64,000 nt of DNA from Thermoplasmata archaeon (GTDB taxonomy: Archaea; Thermoplasmatota; Thermoplasmata; Thermoplasmatales; Thermoplasmataceae), in NCBI GenBank assembly GCA_021806235.1, contig JAJZXU010000022.1, forward strand, positions 12,606 through 76,605, written 5' to 3'. Shown here piece by piece: positions 1 through 8,740 of this stretch (positions are counted from its first letter, which is position 1; the number at the start of each line of letters is the position of its first letter). The translations under genes were made by a program, and so were the position numbers. The notes below the pieces were generated by a model that had not been told where the DNA came from, ran no database searches, and saw only the letters and a program-made list of their open reading frames with translations.

Positions 1-1093
1 CTGCTCCGGTGCCCAGAGTTTGACCCATTCCTGCAGCTGTAGGGGCATGGCAAACTCTTGCGCAGCTATCCACGTTGTTTGTTCCAATAACAACCCTTGC
101 GAACTTTTGGGTGAGATAATTTTCCTCGTTTGTGGCCCTTGACGAACCAAGAACACCTATTGAATCTGGTCCATACTGTGCTCTTGTATCCCTGAGTTTT
201 TCTGAGGCGTATTCCAGTGCCCCGTCCCATGTGGAAGGTGTCCATTTTCCATTGACCCGGATCATTGGATCTGTGACCCTGTCCGGAGAGTCAACAAATG
301 AAAATGAATACCGGCCCTTAACACAGAGATGCCCCCTATTCACAGGTGAATCAAGAACCGGAAGGATCTGTACAATCTTCCCGTGGGATGTCCCAATGTT
401 TATTTCACAGCCCGTGCCACAGTAGGAACAGATGCTATGTGTAAATTCTTCTGGATGCCCTTCCTTAATAACTGAAACATCTTCAATTGCCCCAGTTGGG
501 CATGTATCAGCACAGGCGCCGCAGCTCACGCAGGAACTTTCAGTAAGATTCTTACTTCCATCTGCCAGAAGGGTTACATCGTCCCCGCGTAGCCATTTTT
601 TCCAGACGAACTGTCCCTGAACTTCATCGCATATCCTGACGCATCTGTAACAGTTTATGCATTTATTCATATCCACATGTATAAATGGATGGATATCCAG
701 ATCTTCATAGACTTCACTGTTTTCTTTTAATGTCAATCCTTTGAGTAAACCGTATTTCTCGAGGTATCTGTAAAAATCCTTATTCCTGTCTATCTGATTT
801 AAATTGAAATTTTTTCTATCCATCATAAGTTTGAGAAGGGTTTTTCTATACCTGTCCAGATCCGGTGTTTCTGAACTCACAGCCATTCCGCCACGTATAG
901 GTGTCGTGCACGCTGTTACCGGATGGGCATTTCCATCTAACTGTACAACACACAACCTGCATCCGCCATAGTCCCTGAGACGTTCATCGTGGCACAATCC
1001 TGGAATATCAATTCCATTTTCCTTCGCTGCCTGGAAAACTGTAATCTGGTGATCAAATTCTGCAGTTTTCCCATCAATACTTATGCGAAACAT
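1..1093 (-). CDS. fdhA: NAD-type formate dehydrogenase alpha subunit / NuoG-like Fe-S molybdopterin oxidoreductase; only the N-terminal ~364 codons, gene runs off the left edge
   Basis: Hand translation of the minus strand from ATG at 1093 gives MFRISIDGKTAEFDHQITVFQAAKENGIDIPGLCHDERLRDYGGCRLCVV (2Fe-2S type). It also gives CINCYRCVRICDE and CVSCGACADTCPTGA (4Fe-4S) and NNVDSCARVCHAPTAAGMGQTLGTGA at the window edge (FdhF-like active-site block). GGAGGTGA lies just upstream of the ATG. The ATG sits 13 nt inside the upstream gene. Absent from the ORF track because it is open-ended. Confidence 0.8.
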   Translation of the reverse strand, partial: MFRISIDGKTAEFDHQITVFQAAKENGIDIPGLCHDERLRDYGGCRLCVVQLDGNAHPVTACTTPIRGGMAVSSETPDLDRYRKTLLKLMMDRKNFNLNQIDRNKDFYRYLEKYGLLKGLTLKENSEVYEDLDIHPFIHVDMNKCINCYRCVRICDEVQGQFVWKKWLRGDDVTLLADGSKNLTESSCVSCGACADTCPTGAIEDVSVIKEGHPEEFTHSICSYCGTGCEINIGTSHGKIVQILPVLDSPVNRGHLCVKGRYSFSFVDSPDRVTDPMIRVNGKWTPSTWDGALEYASEKLRDTRAQYGPDSIGVLGSSRATNEENYLTQKFARVVIGTNNVDSCARVCHAPTAAGMGQTLGTGA

Positions 1094-2613
1094 GATCTCA
1101 CCTCCCTGTTGAAGTTTGTATTTGCACTGGAAAGGAACTCCCCCAAACCGGTTCCAAGGCCACAGAGACTCACCTCTTTCAGTGTGGATACAATGTCAGT
1201 ATAATCATCATATGATAGGGATTTATTCGTTCTGGTGGAGAATGCATCTTTGATTACACGACTCCCAATCCTGCAGGGGGTGCATTTTCCACACGACTCA
1301 AATGCCACAAAGGATGATACATTTTCTATGAGCTCATGCATGGATGTATGTTCATCGAATGCTATGACTCCCCCATGACCAAGAGAAGCCCCTATGGCAC
1401 GCATCTCCTCATAGCCAAGTTTAGTGGAAAATTTATCCGGCGTGACTATCCCAGCAAGTGGCCCTCCTACGATCACACCACTGACATTTCCTTCTTTTAA
1501 GCCACCACCAATCTCAAAGATAAGGTCTTCAAGGGATATACCAAGGTCAATCTCGTACAACCCCGGCCGCCTAAAAAGAGAGTTCAGGGAGACTGCTTTG
1601 GTACCCCTACTTTTCGAGAATCCAAGATCCTTAAATTTATCAGCCCCTTTTGTAAGTATCCATGGCACATTGGAGAGAGTCTCAACATTATCGATCACTG
1701 TTGGCATGTTAAACAGGCCACTTTCCGTTGGATAAGGAGGCCTTACAGAAACTTCTGGCCTCCTGCCCTCTATTGACCTCAACATGGCGGTTTCCTCACC
1801 ACATACGTAACTTCCCCTCCCCACTACAACACGAAGATCAAAGGAAAAATCAGAACCGAGAATATTCCTGCCAAGAAACCCATTTTCATTCATACTCCGG
1901 ATCGCACTCAAAATTGTGGAAATGGCTTCAGGATATTCTCTTCTGATGTAGATATAGCCTGCGTTTGATCCGGATGCATATCCGGCTATTACCGTTCCCT
2001 CGAGCAATTTGAAAGGGTCATATTCCATGATCACCTTATCAATATATGCACCGGCGTCACCTTCATCGGCATTAACAATAACATATTTTCTGTCCGATGA
2101 CTGTGTGAACACACTTTCCCACTTAACTCCTGTTGGAAAACCTGCACCTCCACGCCCTCTCAGCATTGAGTCCTTTATTGTTCCAACAACCTCTTCTCTA
2201 TTCATTGCAATAGCATTTTTCAGGGCCGAGAAGCCACCAGTATTTGAATAATCCTTAATGTCTCTGAGAGGCCCGTTGACAATGTTTTCAAGCACAATAG
2301 CCGCACTTGATTTTACCTCAATGCTTGGCTCTCCATTTTTATTCGAAGACGCAGGGCCAAGATAACACTTTCCCAGGCAGTAGGTTTTCTTTTCACTCCT
2401 CTCTGCCAATCCAAATAGGGGCGGGTCCCGAAAACGGGAAACAAAACAGGCCGTGCCTGAACAATATTCAATCCCATTATGATCCTCTGGAAATGTGTAA
2501 AAAGAGTCGACATCATTTAAAATACCTGATCCGGACCCGTTAATATTGGATAACTTTTCATGCTTCAAATGAGATGTTTTTTTAACCTTCTTCTTCTCTT
2601 CTCTTCTTTCCAT
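1081..2613 (-). CDS. NuoF-like NAD(H)/FMN-binding Fe-S subunit (formate dehydrogenase beta / HoxF-like) with a short NuoE-like N-terminal Cys module
   Basis: 510 aa. Motifs: LRGRGGAGFPTGVKW (FMN site), GEETAMLRSIEG, ESCGKCTPCRIG (N3 4Fe-4S). The N-terminus has CSGTAC...CLGKC, a Cx4C...Cx3C pattern. Overlaps and is presumably translationally coupled with the fdhA-like gene. Confidence 0.85.
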   Translation of the reverse strand: MERREEKKKVKKTSHLKHEKLSNINGSGSGILNDVDSFYTFPEDHNGIEYCSGTACFVSRFRDPPLFGLAERSEKKTYCLGKCYLGPASSNKNGEPSIEVKSSAAIVLENIVNGPLRDIKDYSNTGGFSALKNAIAMNREEVVGTIKDSMLRGRGGAGFPTGVKWESVFTQSSDRKYVIVNADEGDAGAYIDKVIMEYDPFKLLEGTVIAGYASGSNAGYIYIRREYPEAISTILSAIRSMNENGFLGRNILGSDFSFDLRVVVGRGSYVCGEETAMLRSIEGRRPEVSVRPPYPTESGLFNMPTVIDNVETLSNVPWILTKGADKFKDLGFSKSRGTKAVSLNSLFRRPGLYEIDLGISLEDLIFEIGGGLKEGNVSGVIVGGPLAGIVTPDKFSTKLGYEEMRAIGASLGHGGVIAFDEHTSMHELIENVSSFVAFESCGKCTPCRIGSRVIKDAFSTRTNKSLSYDDYTDIVSTLKEVSLCGLGTGLGEFLSSANTNFNREVRSCFA

Positions 2614-2843
2614 TTGCTTTTCCTCCTATCATAAAAACTTTTGCTTAATATTTATTAATATTCTTATTATATATTAATTTTGTTGCATATTCCTATAGCT
2701 ATTATCTTCCTTTGTTTTAATTATTTATATTTTATAATATTTTTGTATTATGTTTATTTGTAACAGTAATATCATCTGCATATCTACATTCATAAAATGA
2801 TTGCTTAGAAAATTATTTAATATTGTTATATATTTATCATACA

Positions 2844-4301
2844 ATGGAAAAAACAGAAATAAGCAATTACGAATATAAAATACTGAATTATATAAAAGAT
2901 AAAAAAAATGTAAATGAAAATAATATAAATATAAACGAAAATGAGAGAATAATTTCAAGTTCAATATCATATTTAGAATTTAAAAAATTAATAGATGTCA
3001 GGAAAGAGTATAAAAAAACATACAGTATTACAGATGAGGGGGATGAATATTTAAAAAATGGTTTTCCTGAAGAAAAATTATATAATATATTAAAGGACAA
3101 AAAGGAATTAACGGTAAGGGAAATTCAGAATTATTTAAACGATAAATATAAAATAGCAATGGCAAACCTTGCCAAACTTGGAATAAAACCTGTAAATGGA
3201 AAAATTGTTTATAATAATGATAATTTAAATAATATTTTCAGTGAAAATAGATTGGTTTTAAGTGGAATAAAGGATAAAAAATATTCCGAAAATAAAAAAA
3301 TAAATGAATTTATAAAAAGAAATTTAATAACTGAGAAAAATAACCTGACAAGAATAATAAATATAAATGACAGTGGATTAAATGCGTTAAAAAACTATGA
3401 GAATAATGATTATATGGAATTGCTAACACCTGAAATAATAGCATCTGGAGAATGGAAAAATAAAAAATTCAGAAAATATGACCTGAATTCCAGGGTTGAA
3501 AGAATAAATGGTGCTGGTTTACATCCATTAACATATTTAATAGAGGAGATAAGAAAAATATTTTTAGAAATGGGATTCACAGAAATGCATGGCCATTATA
3601 TGGAATATACCGCGTGGAATATGGATATGCTATTCATACCACAGGATCATCCTGCAAGGGATTTACAGGATACATTTTATTTAAAAAATAACAATGAAAT
3701 GGAATTTGAAGATCCGGAAATATTGAAAATAGTAAAAAGAGTTCATGAAAAGGGTTATAAAAATTATTCTGGATGGAACTATAAATGGTCAGAAGAAGAG
3801 GCTAAAAAAATAATATTAAGAACGCATACAACTGTAAACACAATAAGACATTTATATCATAATAAGGAAGAACCACAGTTTGTTTTTTCCATAGAGAAGG
3901 TATTCAGGCATGAAAGTGTTGACTGGAAACATTTATCCGAACTATACCAGATAGAGGGATCGGTATACAGTAAAGATGCAAATCTATCAACGTTAAAATG
4001 GCTATTGAGAGAATTTTATTCGAGGCTTGGGTTTGACAATATAAGATTTTTACCCTCATATTATCCCTATACAGAGCCGAGCATGGATGTTATAGTGGAT
4101 ATAAATGGTAAGGAAGTGGAAATGGGCGGTTCGGGAATATTCAGGCCGGAGGTTACAGGGCCACTGGGATTGAAGTCCCCTGTGCTTGCCTTCGGACTTG
4201 GGCTGGAAAGGCTGGCAATGATATATTATAATTTAAATGATATAAGGGAGATATATAACGGTGATCTGAACTGGCTAAAAAATTATAAAATAAGATTTTA
4301 A
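2844..4301 (+). CDS. pheS: Phenylalanyl-tRNA synthetase alpha subunit (archaeal type)
   Basis: Class II core motifs: HPARDLQDTFY, RTHTT, FRHE, YPYTEPS, GSGIFRPEV, AFGLGLERLAM. The track ORF starts at TTG 2823; the first ATG (MEKTEIS) is at 2844. Confidence 0.9.
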   Translation: MEKTEISNYEYKILNYIKDKKNVNENNININENERIISSSISYLEFKKLIDVRKEYKKTYSITDEGDEYLKNGFPEEKLYNILKDKKELTVREIQNYLNDKYKIAMANLAKLGIKPVNGKIVYNNDNLNNIFSENRLVLSGIKDKKYSENKKINEFIKRNLITEKNNLTRIININDSGLNALKNYENNDYMELLTPEIIASGEWKNKKFRKYDLNSRVERINGAGLHPLTYLIEEIRKIFLEMGFTEMHGHYMEYTAWNMDMLFIPQDHPARDLQDTFYLKNNNEMEFEDPEILKIVKRVHEKGYKNYSGWNYKWSEEEAKKIILRTHTTVNTIRHLYHNKEEPQFVFSIEKVFRHESVDWKHLSELYQIEGSVYSKDANLSTLKWLLREFYSRLGFDNIRFLPSYYPYTEPSMDVIVDINGKEVEMGGSGIFRPEVTGPLGLKSPVLAFGLGLERLAMIYYNLNDIREIYNGDLNWLKNYKIRF

Positions 4302-4346
4302 ATGCAGAATAATTAAATTTTATTAATAATAATTTAATACGTGTTT

Positions 4347-4814
4347 ATGAAAGTAGCTGTTATAATGGGTAGTTCCTCAGATTTTAATTCTATGAAGGAT
4401 GCAATAGATACATTGAAGGAGTTTGGAATAGAGGTTGAAGCCAGAATTGTTTCTGCACATAGAACACCGGAATTCATGCTGGAATACGCAAAAACTGCAG
4501 TAAAGAAGAATATAGAAGTGATAATTGCCGGTGCCGGTGGAGCTGCACATTTGCCTGGAATGGTTGCATCAATGACTTCATTGCCCGTTATAGGTGTTCC
4601 TGTTCAATCCAGGGCCTTAAATGGACTGGATTCATTATTATCAATAGTTCAGATGCCTTCAGGTATTCCAGTGGCAACAGTGGCTATAAATGGCTCCAGA
4701 AACGCAGCCCTGCTTGCAGTAAGAATACTCTCAGTAAAATATGATAAATTGAGGATTTTAATGGAAGATTATATGGAAAAACAAAAAGATAAGGTTCTGG
4801 GTGAAAAATTATGA
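4347..4814 (+). CDS. purE: N5-carboxyaminoimidazole ribonucleotide mutase
   Basis: [43 protein letters not shown] at 4347 (the track begins at GTG 4341). Confidence 0.9.
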   Translation: MKVAVIMGSSSDFNSMKDAIDTLKEFGIEVEARIVSAHRTPEFMLEYAKTAVKKNIEVIIAGAGGAAHLPGMVASMTSLPVIGVPVQSRALNGLDSLLSIVQMPSGIPVATVAINGSRNAALLAVRILSVKYDKLRILMEDYMEKQKDKVLGEKL

Positions 4815-5893
4815 TTCTTGGCATTATTGGTTCCGGCCAGCTGGGCTATATGATGATAAATACCATGAGAAAGTATCCAATGGAATTTTATGTTATAGAT
4901 GAAAATAAGGGTCCTGCAGGGTATATAGCCGATAAATTTTTTTATTTAAATGATTACAAAACCTTTGTTGATTCGTGTGATTATGTTACCTTTGAATTTG
5001 AACAGGTGGATGAAACGGTTTTAAAATATGCCGGAGAAAAGAATAAGTTAAGGCCGGATATAAAAAGTGTAAATTTAAAAAAAGATAGATTGCTGGAAAA
5101 GGATTTTTTGAGGAATAACAACCTGCCTGTTGCTGAATATGAAATTGCCGATGATTATAAAAAAGCCTTTGATATTGCACAGTCCTTTGGAAAGGGTGTA
5201 ATTAAATCAAGGCATGGTGGCTATGATGGCAAAAACCAGTATTTTATAGATAAGAATACTAAATACATGGCTCATGATAATATACCGTATGTAATAGAAA
5301 AATTCATAGATTATGATTATGAAGCTTCTATAATAGCAGTGAGGAATGAAAATAAAGACTTTGAATTTTTTGACCCCTCATTCAATTATAATAAAAATGG
5401 AATATTGATATATAATATAGCACCGGTAAAAAATAATAATATAAGCAGTAAAATGATTAATATAGCAAAAACGCTTATGAATAAATTAAATTACATAGGT
5501 GTCATGGGAATAGAATTTTATGCTGTAAATGATAATGTTATAATAAACGAATATTCACCAAGGGTTCATAATACAGGGCACCATACAGTATCCGGTTCAT
5601 CAATATCACAGTTTGAAGAGCATGTAAGGTCTGTAATGAATTTAAAAATAGTTAAACCTGTTTTATTTAAGCCCTCTGGAATTTTAAATATTATTGGAAC
5701 AGATATAAACGGTAAAATCAATAAAATAATCGATGATAAAACAGATATATACTGGTACCATAAATCCGATGTAAGGCGTAAAAGAAAAATGGGGCACATC
5801 AATATATACGATGATTGCTATGATAATATACAGAAAAAAATAAATGAGTTAATTAATATTGTTTATGAAAATGGATTAGACAGTTATATATAA
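4811..5893 (+). CDS. purK: N5-carboxyaminoimidazole ribonucleotide synthase (ATP-grasp)
   Basis: [14 protein letters not shown] at the N-terminus, ATP-grasp body, [11 protein letters not shown]. 4-nt ATGA overlap with purE. Confidence 0.85.
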   Translation: MILGIIGSGQLGYMMINTMRKYPMEFYVIDENKGPAGYIADKFFYLNDYKTFVDSCDYVTFEFEQVDETVLKYAGEKNKLRPDIKSVNLKKDRLLEKDFLRNNNLPVAEYEIADDYKKAFDIAQSFGKGVIKSRHGGYDGKNQYFIDKNTKYMAHDNIPYVIEKFIDYDYEASIIAVRNENKDFEFFDPSFNYNKNGILIYNIAPVKNNNISSKMINIAKTLMNKLNYIGVMGIEFYAVNDNVIINEYSPRVHNTGHHTVSGSSISQFEEHVRSVMNLKIVKPVLFKPSGILNIIGTDINGKINKIIDDKTDIYWYHKSDVRRKRKMGHINIYDDCYDNIQKKINELINIVYENGLDSYI

Positions 5894-6427
5894 TCATAGC
5901 AGTAAAACGCCTTTTACACCATCAACATTTTTAATATTATTTAAAATATTGCCTGAAACTGGTATTGATGTTACTATAATAGCCTTTGGATTATCAAGAA
6001 TCTCGGGGTCATCGGTTATAACCTGCCTTACATTTATCCCATTTGATGAGAGTATTGACATTACTCCAGAAATTATGCCGGGTTTATTTGCATCATCCGG
6101 TATTATTTCTATAACACCGAAACCTATTTTTGAACCTGCACCTTCGAAATTGGAGACTGGTTTTAAATTATAAAAGAAATCATATAATTTTTTATCTTTA
6201 ATTATCCTTGCCAGCATATTTACAACAACCCTCCTATCCACCTTATATGCCCTGGCTATTGAATTTGGCTTTACCTCTATTTCATCACAAAAAATTTTGG
6301 TTTCATCACCAATAATCCTGACAGAGAGTCCGACACTAATTAATTTCTGTATGACCTTTTTCTCAGCAGGATAGCTGTCAAATGCAGTGTTTATATAGTC
6401 CCACATATCCATATATAACAATCGCAT
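5894..6427 (-). CDS. ACT-domain protein, predicted amino-acid-binding regulator (COG2150-like)
   Basis: 177 aa. The N-terminal part is wHTH-like (VIQKLISVGLSVR). The C-terminal part is ACT-like (GVIEIIPDDANKPGIISGVMSILSSNGINVRQV). Start could be M8 (6406). Family assignment is from memory only. Confidence 0.5.
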   Translation of the reverse strand: MRLLYMDMWDYINTAFDSYPAEKKVIQKLISVGLSVRIIGDETKIFCDEIEVKPNSIARAYKVDRRVVVNMLARIIKDKKLYDFFYNLKPVSNFEGAGSKIGFGVIEIIPDDANKPGIISGVMSILSSNGINVRQVITDDPEILDNPKAIIVTSIPVSGNILNNIKNVDGVKGVLLL

Positions 6428-6863
6428 ATAATAAACTTACACTAACATTCCATGCCAGTTTTCTTCCATTATTTTTTATCCAGCAAAATAGATAAAAATA
6501 TCGTATTATTCTAAGATACAGTAAATGATTGTATTATCAGATTTACATAACACACATTTTTGCCTCAGAAATACTGTAAATTTAAGTGGTTACAGTTTAT
6601 ATGGGCATGGACTCCTAACACAGGAAAATTGCCATAGACTTAATGGTAATATTAATATAATAATCCCGTTATTTTCCCTCATCTGGAGACAGCGGCTCAC
6701 TGGCGATTAAAGCGATGAAATAAAATTACTGCCATTTCCATGTTTACCGCTTTCTCAAACATCCCTGCGGTGAGGAAGGAGAGAACGGCAACAAAGACAT
6801 GTTATGCATGGTCTATCCAGTAAAATAAATAATTTTATATGGTCGGGTTTAAATTAAAAATTA

Positions 6864-7523
6864 TTATTTTGAATATTTTTCTACAAGTTCCTTGAATCTG
6901 TCATAGTTTTCTGGTTTGTGTACATTAAGGTCTGAGTTTTTCATTGTGCTTATTATAAATTCTACAGGAAATTGCATCGGTAGCTTTGAAACAACAAATT
7001 TTGCTGTCTCTTCAGGTTTTTCTTTAAACAGTTTTATTCCCTGGTTATATGCCTCTACAAATTCATTTTCATGGTCATACACTGCTGCACCACAACTACC
7101 CGGGATATAGATATTGTTTTTCTTGAAGTATTCTTCTGTGCTTACACCAGAATTATCCATCGCAGGTACAACAACTGTATCAACTTCGTTTTTATTCATG
7201 GCGTTCATGAGGTCTCCCATGCTTTCATAATATTTTATATCAACGTTCTGATGTATCTGGTCCACAAGTGCCCTGAACAGTATATCTGCTGCACCACCTT
7301 TTCTTGCCATTCCAATTTTATATCCAAGTTTTGGTGTAACCCTTGATAGATTCTCAATTGTTACATAATTCAATGGTAGTTCTCTTTTCATTAAAGAAAC
7401 TGTAGAATCAAGGACGACATCCGCCTTCCCCTCCTTTTTAAACTCAATATCCAGATCATTCCTTACCATCTGTGCCGCTACCATAGGATAACACACAGGT
7501 CCAGGTGCTGCTATTATTTTCAT
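6864..7523 (-). CDS. Hypothetical protein (possibly periplasmic-binding-protein-like fold, DUF3834-like)
   Basis: Clean 219-aa ORF with normal composition, divergent from carA. No catalytic motif recognised. Confidence 0.55.
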   Translation of the reverse strand: MKIIAAPGPVCYPMVAAQMVRNDLDIEFKKEGKADVVLDSTVSLMKRELPLNYVTIENLSRVTPKLGYKIGMARKGGAADILFRALVDQIHQNVDIKYYESMGDLMNAMNKNEVDTVVVPAMDNSGVSTEEYFKKNNIYIPGSCGAAVYDHENEFVEAYNQGIKLFKEKPEETAKFVVSKLPMQFPVEFIISTMKNSDLNVHKPENYDRFKELVEKYSK

Positions 7524-7684
7524 AGTTAGTAATAGATAAGTAATTTATTAATGTAATGTTTTTGTTAACATTAGAATAAAAATAAATAATATAAATGAGA
7601 TAAATAATATATTTTATAATATCGATAATAAAAATAACAGAAAATAATATAAGTAAAGTAGAAATTAACTTTTTTAAGATTTAA

Positions 7685-8740
7685 ATGGAAAAATACTTAA
7701 TTCTTGAAGACGGAACGGTAATTAGTGGCAAAGGTTACGGCTATAGTGGGGAAACAGAGGGAGAGCTCGTTTTCACCACATCGATGTCTGGTTATATTGA
7801 AACAATAACAGACCCATCATATGCAGGAGAGATACTCATTTTTGCATTCCCGGAAATTGCAAATTACCCATTAAGCTATGAAAATATGGAATCAAACAAA
7901 ATTCAAATATCAGGCCTGATAACAAAGGATGCACATAATATTTTTTATGGTGGTGAATCGGGCAGGGATTTTAATGAGTTTTTAAAGGATAATAAAATAC
8001 CGGCAATAGATGGTGTGGATACAAGGTTTCTGGTGGAGAAGATAAGGGAGAATGGTGTTTTAAGGGCTGTTATATCAAATAAAAATGAAATGCCAGATAA
8101 ATTTGATAACCCCTACGATAAAAATTTAGTTGGGTCAGTGTCGAGGAAAAATTACCAGTATTATGATTCTGGCAACAGAAAAAATATACTGTTTATCGAT
8201 GTTGGAACAAAAAACAGTTTAATAAATAAGTTGGGTGAAATAGCGTCATTGCATATGGTTCCGTATAATTATGACCTTTTTAATATAAAATTTAAATATG
8301 ATGCCATATTTATTCCAAATGGCCCCGGAGACCCATCCCATGAATCACTGAAAAATATAAGGGAGTTTATAAGGGAGAAATATAATGAGGTGCCGGTTAT
8401 GGGTGTATGCCTTGGAAATCAACTAATAGCACTGTCATTTAATGGCAGTACCGAAAAAATGAAATTCGGCCACAGGGGAGTTAACCATGCTGTTATAAAT
8501 GATAATAAAATATACATAACATCACATAACCATGGTTATGCAATAAACAGGGACTCGTTAAAGAATACAGATTTGAGGATAACTGGCTCTGATATAAACG
8601 ACAATACCGTTGAAATGATAGAGCACAGGGAGTTGCCGGTATATTCTGTACAGTTCCATCCCGAGGCACATCCGGGGCCCTATGATGGGGACTGGTTTTT
8701 TGAAAAAATAAAAAATACAATAGGTGCTAAAAATGATTAA
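7685..8740 (+). CDS. carA: Carbamoyl-phosphate synthase small (glutaminase) subunit
   Basis: GVCLGNQL (Cys nucleophile), HNHGYAI, SVQFHPEA. Confidence 0.9.
   Translation: MEKYLILEDGTVISGKGYGYSGETEGELVFTTSMSGYIETITDPSYAGEILIFAFPEIANYPLSYENMESNKIQISGLITKDAHNIFYGGESGRDFNEFLKDNKIPAIDGVDTRFLVEKIRENGVLRAVISNKNEMPDKFDNPYDKNLVGSVSRKNYQYYDSGNRKNILFIDVGTKNSLINKLGEIASLHMVPYNYDLFNIKFKYDAIFIPNGPGDPSHESLKNIREFIREKYNEVPVMGVCLGNQLIALSFNGSTEKMKFGHRGVNHAVINDNKIYITSHNHGYAINRDSLKNTDLRITGSDINDNTVEMIEHRELPVYSVQFHPEAHPGPYDGDWFFEKIKNTIGAKND

Noticed and set aside
50-52. Selenocysteine (TGA) at the formate dehydrogenase active site
   Set aside because: The codon in the SCARVCHAPT block is TGC (Cys) on the minus strand, so there is no in-frame TGA.
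6525-6710. 61-aa ORF in the long intergenic gap
   Set aside because: It has no start context, odd composition and no motif. It runs across the AT-rich to GC-rich transition. The region is better treated as a possible RNA or decayed sequence.
6675-6720. Riboswitch-like fragments CAUCUGGAGACAGCGG (TPP-like) and CACUGGCGA (ZTP/pfl-like)
   Set aside because: The partner motifs are missing: no CUGAGA or ACCUGAUC for TPP, no CCGCCUGGGC for ZTP. No downstream gene exists on that strand to regulate.
6600-6840. SRP RNA, RNase P RNA or 5S rRNA identity for the GC-rich intergenic core
   Set aside because: I could not find GGAAAGUCC (RNase P), CCGAAC-type 5S blocks or a properly closed GGAA helix-8 loop with an AGCA internal loop (SRP). 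It is left as an RNA candidate of unknown class only.
7550-7580. Inverted repeat AATGTT-N6-AACATT in the carA divergent promoter, as an operator
   Set aside because: It is a 6-bp AT-rich palindrome, which is expected by chance in this composition.
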